Shown in pieces: positions 26,404-31,131 of a stretch of 31,131 nucleotides of DNA (its first letter is position 1; each line of letters begins with the position of its first letter). Where the stretch lies: positions 1 to 31,131 of the IMG/VR virus record IMGVR_UViG_3300045988_022899. One strand, 5' to 3'. A model generated the notes under the pieces. The model had not been told where the DNA came from and did not search any database. It saw nothing but the letters and a program-made list of their open reading frames with translations. A program made the position numbers and the translations under genes. Source of the stretch: a virus. Its lineage: Duplodnaviria > Heunggongvirae > Uroviricota > Caudoviricetes.

Positions 26404-27020
26404 TGGTTGCCTCCTTTGCGAAGCTGGGCAGCAAAGTCAACTAACCACTCAGTCATTTCAACCTTCCCTACCAGGTCTGAACCAGGGTGCATACAGCAAT
26501 CACTCTGCGCCGCTTTGAAATCCTTATACTCATATTCTTGGGCCACCAGATTTTTTGCAGCTTCTATAGCAGCATCCACCCCCTGCGCTCGTACTTCAGC
26601 CAGAAAAGCATCGGTGGCTGGGGTGTCTGATTGCATAGACTTTGCGCGATAGTCATTCCACCCTCTTGCATACATGGGATTAACTTGCACTCCATCTTTT
26701 ACACAATATGCCTGCCCTCCACGGTTGATAACCTTGATTTCGTCCATAGCGCCAGACTTCAGCCCCGCATTCTCCGCCGCCAGCACCGAAAACTTCTCGT
26801 GCGCCAACTTAACAGCCGAATCAGCCTGCTTAATTGACTCAATCGCTTTCTGCTGGTCTTCGGCCAGCGCATTAGCACGCACCAGTTGCACTTCCAGTTG
26901 CGTTGCCAAATCGCTGATCAGCTTTGCCACACTGCGCATATCAACGGCACCACATTCTGCGTTCAGTTCCGAAGCCATCTCATGCCCGGCGGCAACTAAC
27001 CCTTTGATATTACTTTCCAT
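26400..27020 (-). CDS. Hypothetical early protein, 206 aa
   Basis: ORF with ATG start in the early leftward operon; no family recognised. Confidence 0.4.
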   Translation of the reverse strand: MESNIKGLVAAGHEMASELNAECGAVDMRSVAKLISDLATQLEVQLVRANALAEDQQKAIESIKQADSAVKLAHEKFSVLAAENAGLKSGAMDEIKVINRGGQAYCVKDGVQVNPMYARGWNDYRAKSMQSDTPATDAFLAEVRAQGVDAAIEAAKNLVAQEYEYKDFKAAQSDCCMHPGSDLVGKVEMTEWLVDFAAQLRKGGNQ

Positions 27021-27081
27021 CTTTACCCTCGCTTATCCACATAACTTATTGATTACATTGATAACTAAAAAGATCGTCGAT

Positions 27082-27426
27082 TCAGAACTCTTCGATGTTC
27101 CAGCCGCCACCTGCTTTCTTTGGTTTAACCGTTACCCCGATGATTCGGAACGGATACTGATCTGCGGCGACTTTGGTTTTCACCCTGGCGTCGTCGGTCC
27201 AGAAACCTTTCACTTCGTGCAGTTCCATCTCTCCGGTGGCGAGCATCACAGCGAAATCTGGCGTATAGAACGTGTTGTCAGCTAACCGCAGCTTGATACC
27301 CTCGAATCGATACCAGGCGATTTCCCCTGCACGTTTACGCAGCTCAAGGTGCTGGCAATACGCAGATTCTGTTTTGTTCATCTGGCCTGTTTTGAGTCGA
27401 CCAAGAGCCTGTATCTGTTTTCTCAT
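27082..27426 (-). CDS. DUF1064-like PD-(D/E)xK-fold phage protein
   Basis: GAGG RBS; motif YTPDFAV...ELHEVKG consistent with a restriction-endonuclease-like fold; family assignment from memory. Confidence 0.4.
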   Translation of the reverse strand: MRKQIQALGRLKTGQMNKTESAYCQHLELRKRAGEIAWYRFEGIKLRLADNTFYTPDFAVMLATGEMELHEVKGFWTDDARVKTKVAADQYPFRIIGVTVKPKKAGGGWNIEEF

Positions 27427-27429
27427 GAT

Positions 27430-27444
27430 TTACCTCTAAGGTAA
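27430..27444. promoter_or_regulatory. Operator palindrome TTACCTCTAAGGTAA overlapping the RBS of the 27426 gene
   Basis: Seen in sequence. Confidence 0.45.
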
Positions 27445-27491
27445 TTAAAAACCACATAAGACACGAAATCAATAGATCTAAGAACATTTTG

Positions 27492-27506
27492 TTACCTATT
27501 GGGTAA
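27492..27506. promoter_or_regulatory. Operator palindrome TTACCTATTGGGTAA
   Basis: Seen in sequence, in the intergenic region downstream of the P-like gene. Confidence 0.5.
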
Positions 27507-27517
27507 CTATTGAGGCG

Positions 27518-27540
27518 TAAAAAAATGCGCTATCGCGCTG
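27518..27540 (-). terminator. Weak hairpin plus T-run after the P-like gene (tR2-like position)
   Basis: Minus strand reads GCGC-GATA-GCGC then ATTTTTTT; short stem, so low confidence. Confidence 0.3.
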
Positions 27541-27543
27541 GTA

Positions 27544-28344
27544 TTACTTGATAAATCCTGCTGCCTTTCCTCGCCTGTATTCCTCCATCAGCCACTGCGC
27601 CGGTGTTATTCCCCCCAGGGTGGCGGCGTTAGGCATGCACCCGAAACTTCGCCCTGGTGGATGGTAAACGTCTCTCCCTGTGTCCGGAGGTGTACTCATG
27701 GGTTCTGGCTTTGCCTGTATGCTGATCACCGGATCGGGTATCTGCTGTCCGGAAGCCACCTTTTTCGCCCAATCATCGAGCAACCTGCGCGCGTGTTTCT
27801 CAACCTCAATCTCGCTAAGCTGGCGCTGATACATTGCACGGCGGGTATCACATACGACCCAGTACATAACCGGATGCCGCCACGGGAATCTTTCGGGACC
27901 ACCAGGATATAAACTTTTTTCCTTGCTGTACCGGTGAAACTCCGCCATCACATCGTCAATGGTGACGCCAAGAACCATCTTGCTGTCTTTACACCACTTG
28001 ATGAATTGCCCTGGCGACGGCCAGAACGGAGACTCACTGGCGCGAGCGTGGCGCATACCAGCAGAAACCTGTTCACGGGTTCGGATCCCACCTTCGGCAA
28101 ACGCAGCAATCCACTGCTGTTTTGCAGCAACTTCCTGCTCTGGCGTCTTCAGGTTGGTTACCACTGCCGCCGGAAACAGTTGTTTCAGCTGTTTGAAAAG
28201 GGCATCAACAAGCCTCTCTGCTGACATGTTCACCACATTGTCATTGTTGACGTACTGATGCTCATAACCTGACATGCGAGAAAGGGCTTCTCCGTCACGG
28301 TTTTGTATCGCGGTAAAAACGTTGTTCACAAGAAATCCTCCCAT
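27544..28344 (-). CDS. Replication protein P-like (DnaB helicase loader)
   Basis: Recalled alignment to lambda P: FPAAVVTNL...QWIAAFAEGGIRTREQVSAGMRHARASESPFWPSPGQFIKWCKD versus lambda FPASLANRD...QWVLAFRENGITTMEQVNAGMRVARRQNRPFLPSPGQFVAWCRE; overlaps the O-like gene. Confidence 0.8.
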   Translation of the reverse strand: MGGFLVNNVFTAIQNRDGEALSRMSGYEHQYVNNDNVVNMSAERLVDALFKQLKQLFPAAVVTNLKTPEQEVAAKQQWIAAFAEGGIRTREQVSAGMRHARASESPFWPSPGQFIKWCKDSKMVLGVTIDDVMAEFHRYSKEKSLYPGGPERFPWRHPVMYWVVCDTRRAMYQRQLSEIEVEKHARRLLDDWAKKVASGQQIPDPVISIQAKPEPMSTPPDTGRDVYHPPGRSFGCMPNAATLGGITPAQWLMEEYRRGKAAGFIK

Positions 28345-29141
28345 GCTTCAGGGCTGTTCCAGTGCGGAACGTTGTTATCAGGTAATGTTGATTGCTTCTG
28401 TCTGCTAATCTGCAGCCGCCTTGCCAGCTTCTGCTCCCACTGTGCCTGATGGTATGCCTTACCCTCAGCCATCCAGTAAATTCTGAACTCTGCAAGTTCC
28501 TGTGCCGTTGGCAGACTGTCCAGGTAGATCCCCTGCAATGAGCTTTTCCGAAGAAAGTCATCTGATGGCTGCCATTGTTCATGCATGACAAATTTGCCTA
28601 ATTGCCCTGGCCCACCAGGAGGAACAAAGTTATTCATCACGGCGTTGTTTGCGCCGGGGTCATGAGGCACAGAACCTCGGGTTTTTGTCCTGCTCTCCCT
28701 CTCTTGGTTAAATGACTGGTTATATGACTGGTTCTGGATCCCGTTTTTGGGATCATTCAACATCCCGTTTTTGGGATCATTCAACATCCCGTTTTTGGGT
28801 ATATTCCCGTTTTCGGTAACATTACCGTTTTCGGGTTCATTGCCCCCCTCCCGGTTGCCTTTAATGTTCCCGTTTTTGGTTATATTAAGAGAGAAAACCC
28901 GCACTCTTTTTGTCGCTCCCTTTCTCTCTCCGGTATCTGAAATAAGCCCCATTTTCATGAGCGATATAAGCCCGGCCTGCACGGTTTTTTTATTCAGGCA
29001 AGTGTCTTTAACGAGGCGTTCTATGCTGGGGTAGCAGAGGTTATATTCATCGGCTCTGTCAGCCATCGAGAGCAGTATGAGCTTTAATGACGAGCTACCT
29101 GGATCTGTCTCCCAGGCCCAATCTGTTGCATGTCTGCTCAT
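28326..29141 (-). CDS. Replication initiator (lambda O-like role), with internal origin iterons
   Basis: GGAG RBS; lies upstream of and overlaps the P-like gene; iteron array inside the coding sequence encodes a repetitive Asn/Gly-rich linker (NGNVTENGNIPKNGMLNDPKNGMLNDPKNG). Confidence 0.65.
   Translation of the reverse strand: MSRHATDWAWETDPGSSSLKLILLSMADRADEYNLCYPSIERLVKDTCLNKKTVQAGLISLMKMGLISDTGERKGATKRVRVFSLNITKNGNIKGNREGGNEPENGNVTENGNIPKNGMLNDPKNGMLNDPKNGIQNQSYNQSFNQERESRTKTRGSVPHDPGANNAVMNNFVPPGGPGQLGKFVMHEQWQPSDDFLRKSSLQGIYLDSLPTAQELAEFRIYWMAEGKAYHQAQWEQKLARRLQISRQKQSTLPDNNVPHWNSPEAWEDFL
28738..28888. repeat. Iteron array (candidate replication origin)
   Basis: Two exact 24-bp tandem units ATCCCGTTTTTGGGATCATTCAAC followed by four degenerate CCGTTTT(T/C)GG units at 18-24 bp spacing; preceded by a direct repeat ATGACTGGTT x2 (28712-28734). 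Confidence 0.7.
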
Positions 29142-29156
29142 GATTAATCTCCGCTA

Positions 29157-29357
29157 TCAGCTTGAATGTTGTGGGGAGGAATTAATCATGATCTGCTTAA
29201 TCTCTGCCCTGATACGACGGTTTGATTCCATGGTGCACTCAACACAGTGTCCGTTGTAAACCCAGCGTTCACTGTCATGTCCGTGCTTACATGTTTTTCC
29301 GGTGTAGTAGCGTTTAAGTCCGCGCTTTGCGGCATCAATACGTGTAATGATTTCCAT
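29157..29357 (-). CDS. Small Cys/His-rich protein in the CII position, unknown function
   Basis: Start uncertain (ATG at 29357 or 29393; the track uses TTG 29420); CxxC/H-rich C-terminal part. Confidence 0.35.
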   Translation of the reverse strand: MEIITRIDAAKRGLKRYYTGKTCKHGHDSERWVYNGHCVECTMESNRRIRAEIKQIMINSSPQHSS

Positions 29358-29507
29358 GGTAAGCCCTGTTATTAGTATTGGGATTACGGTCATTTTGTGC
29401 TGACACAAAAAAAAGATCAACCATATTTGGTTTTTTATTACCTTTGAGGTACGAATAGATATGAAAAGACCGCCGGGTGGCGGTCTACAGAGGGTTGTAG
29501 CTGGATA

Positions 29508-29738
29508 TCATGAGTAGAAGAAGTATGCCAGTTCTGCTTTTGAGCGCAGCCATTGTCTTGTTTTACAGGCTTTAAAAAGCCCATTCATCAATACTTTACC
29601 TGGCATTTTGCGCTTACCTGTTAAGTGAGTCTGGATATAGTGACTCGTCGTTCCGGCTTCCTGTGCGAAGGCTTCACGCTCATCCGGAGTAAGTGCAAGC
29701 CAGTGCTTTTTGAAATCGAAATGTCCGTTATCGCTCAT
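29508..29738 (-). CDS. Cro-like small HTH regulator (YdaS-like), first gene of the leftward early operon
   Basis: 76 aa; HTH-like segment EAFAQEAGTTSHYIQTHLTG; divergent from the repressor across an operator-rich intergenic region. Confidence 0.6.
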   Translation of the reverse strand: MSDNGHFDFKKHWLALTPDEREAFAQEAGTTSHYIQTHLTGKRKMPGKVLMNGLFKACKTRQWLRSKAELAYFFYS

Positions 29739-29774
29739 AGCTATTGCCTGATATTTATTTCAGATAATAAATAT

Positions 29775-29837
29775 TCACCCATAAGGTAACAAAAATCAAG
29801 GATAGTTACCCATGAGGTGCATTTACCTGTTGGGTAA
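29775..29837. promoter_or_regulatory. Tripartite operator region with divergent promoters between the cro-like and repressor genes
   Basis: Three sites seen in sequence: TCACCCATAAGGTAA (29775-29789), TTACCCATGAGGTGC (29806-29820), TTACCTGTTGGGTAA (29823-29837). Confidence 0.6.
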
Positions 29838-29892
29838 TATTGCTTTAAATTGAATCATCTACTGATTCATATATGAGGCGATTTTCCAGAAA

Positions 29893-30477
29893 ATGAAAAG
29901 TATCCAGGACGTCCGCAGGCAAAATCTCAACGACTTGATCGACCGTGAATTCAATGGTGTTCAGACGCGGATGGCTGAAAAACTTGGAACTCAGGCAAAT
30001 CTGGTAAACCGCTGGGCTCTTGGTAAGAAGGTTATCGGCGATCAGGTTGCGCGAAAAATTGAAGCTGCCGCCAATAAACCCCGTAACTGGCTTGATATCG
30101 ATCGCTCGCTTTCTCAGGAAGGTTTTCAGCCTGTCGGCCCAAGCGACATTGGTCAGCTGGCAGCTCACAACCTGGAACGCTGGATGAGTGAAAGCCGCGA
30201 CCTTTCAACTCAGGGAAAACTTCACCGCGCATCCGGCGTCGCCCAGGTGACAATAAGCCGCCTGTTAAACAATGAGGTCAGCGTTTCCATTTCCACCCTG
30301 GAGAATGTTGCATCTGCATTCGGGCGTCACGGATATGAACTACTGATTCATCCGCATGACCCTGCAACTATCAACTATGACCGCTCGCGCTACGCATTGT
30401 TACCTGAAACAGAGAAGGCAAAGATCGAAAGTTACATTGAATTTGTCATCAACCAGAACGAAAAAAACAAACAATAA
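29893..30477 (+). CDS. Prophage repressor, tandem HTH (XRE-type) domains, no S24 peptidase domain
   Basis: 194 aa; two HTH-like segments (QTRMAEKLGTQANLVNRW and SGVAQVTISRLLNNEVSVSISTL); no Ala-Gly/Ser-Lys autocleavage module; no recognisable SD before the ATG. Confidence 0.65.
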   Translation: MKSIQDVRRQNLNDLIDREFNGVQTRMAEKLGTQANLVNRWALGKKVIGDQVARKIEAAANKPRNWLDIDRSLSQEGFQPVGPSDIGQLAAHNLERWMSESRDLSTQGKLHRASGVAQVTISRLLNNEVSVSISTLENVASAFGRHGYELLIHPHDPATINYDRSRYALLPETEKAKIESYIEFVINQNEKNKQ

Positions 30478-30498
30478 AATCATATTTTTCAGTAAGTA

Positions 30499-30522
30499 AG
30501 CCGCCTTATGGCGGCTTTTTTA
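30499..30522 (+). terminator. Intrinsic terminator AGCCGCC-TTAT-GGCGGCT plus T-run after the repressor gene
   Basis: Seen in sequence. Confidence 0.7.
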
Positions 30523-30534
30523 TTGCCTGTTCGA

Positions 30535-30611
30535 TTACCTAACGGGTAATTTTTTTAACTCATATCTATTGACATCAAACCAGATACGCATAATTATTAC
30601 CTCAACGGTAA
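30535..30611 (+). promoter_or_regulatory. PL-like rightward promoter flanked by two operators
   Basis: TTACCTAACGGGTAA (30535-30549), -35 TTGACA (30569-30574), AT-rich -10 near 30591-30597, TTACCTCAACGGTAA (30597-30611) over the predicted start site. Confidence 0.55.
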
Positions 30612-30630
30612 CATACCGAGGTAACAAGTT

Positions 30631-30783
30631 ATGCAGTGGAAAATCATCAACGGTTGGTACTGCGTTACTGCATGCGGATTCATGAGCTGGAAGTTCCGCA
30701 CCTTACAGGAAGGCATTAAGTGGGCTTTCGTCAGCAAAGAAGCTCGCGATGTAGCCAACGATAACGAGATATGGGAGGGCTGA
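30631..30783 (+). CDS. Small protein (50 aa), first gene of the rightward operon
   Basis: ATG at 30631 with GAGGT RBS; absent from the ORF track (below its length cutoff). Confidence 0.4.
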   Translation: MQWKIINGWYCVTACGFMSWKFRTLQEGIKWAFVSKEARDVANDNEIWEG

Positions 30784-30785
30784 TA

Positions 30786-31085
30786 ATGAACGTTAATCAG
30801 CAGAAAAATCTTCAAAAAATCATGCTGGCATTCGACAAGGACTACCGCCTGTCAGAACAGCTATATGACCGACAAGTTGAACTGATTGAGAGCATCCGAC
30901 TTCATCAACTGGCCTCAACTTTTGACGCTGTAACAGGCAAAGGAGTTCGCCAGGAAGTGCTGGAGGCAGCTAAAGACAGCCCTGAGTTCGAAGAACTTAT
31001 GGATGCCTACCGGCGCGAGGCAATGGCAATTATCGCCCGCTGGGATCTGGCGGATCGGATTGATGGGCAGAGGGAAGCGGCATGA
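30786..31085 (+). CDS. Hypothetical protein, 99 aa
   Basis: ATG at 30786 with GGGAGGG RBS (the track ORF has a 5-codon upstream extension). Confidence 0.45.
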   Translation: MNVNQQKNLQKIMLAFDKDYRLSEQLYDRQVELIESIRLHQLASTFDAVTGKGVRQEVLEAAKDSPEFEELMDAYRREAMAIIARWDLADRIDGQREAA

Positions 31086-31131
31086 AACCGGGAATTTATT
31101 TCGACATCAGCAACGAAGACTACCACGCCGG
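31082..31131 (+). CDS. Start of a gene (MKPGIYFDISNEDYHA...), possibly a recombination/exonuclease-type protein; truncated by window end
   Basis: ATGA overlap with the upstream stop; only 16 codons visible, so function is a guess. Confidence 0.3.
   Translation, partial: MKPGIYFDISNEDYHA

Noticed and set aside
26167-27285. Plus-strand ORFs 26167-26652 and 26674-27285
   Set aside because: Antisense to coupled early genes; Cys/Ser-rich low-complexity translations.
28738-28888. Tandem repeats considered as a possible CRISPR array or minisatellite
   Set aside because: Only about six degenerate units, no unique spacers, and they sit inside an O-like initiator gene; interpreted as origin iterons.
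30615-30625. TACCGAGGTAA considered as an additional operator half-site
   Set aside because: Spacing does not fit the 6-3-6 palindrome; more simply explained as the GAGGT ribosome-binding site of the 30631 gene.
1-31131. Searched for integrase, attachment site, Q-like antiterminator, holin/endolysin and CRISPR arrays
   Set aside because: None recognisable in this window; they may lie outside it or among the unassigned small ORFs.

Overview
This window reads as a ~31 kb piece of a temperate, mosaic enterobacterial prophage; no integrase, attachment site, Q-like antiterminator or lysis cassette is visible. Nothing here was checked against a database: all protein calls come from reading translations and recalling family motifs. 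Right to left on the minus strand it carries a lambdoid immunity and replication core (Cro-like gene, O-like initiator with internal iterons, lambda-P-like helicase loader), a block of unknown early genes, terminase small and large subunits, and a T7-like podoviral virion module (portal, scaffold, capsid, gp11/gp12-like tail tube, gp14-like and three large internal virion proteins). A tandem-HTH repressor with no peptidase domain sits divergently at 29893-30477, followed by a rightward operon. Between the ejection genes and a T7-type tail fiber (1-756, partial) lies an accessory region resembling P22 immI: a Bro-N antirepressor, a short paralog behind a near-consensus LexA box, a membrane-anchored Cys-rich protein, a coupled gene pair whose second product resembles YafO toxins, and small secreted/membrane proteins. 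A 15-bp palindrome (TTACCT-N3-AGGTAA) recurs at 12 or more sites, and a plus-strand insert between terminase and portal carries a tRNA-Arg(UCU).
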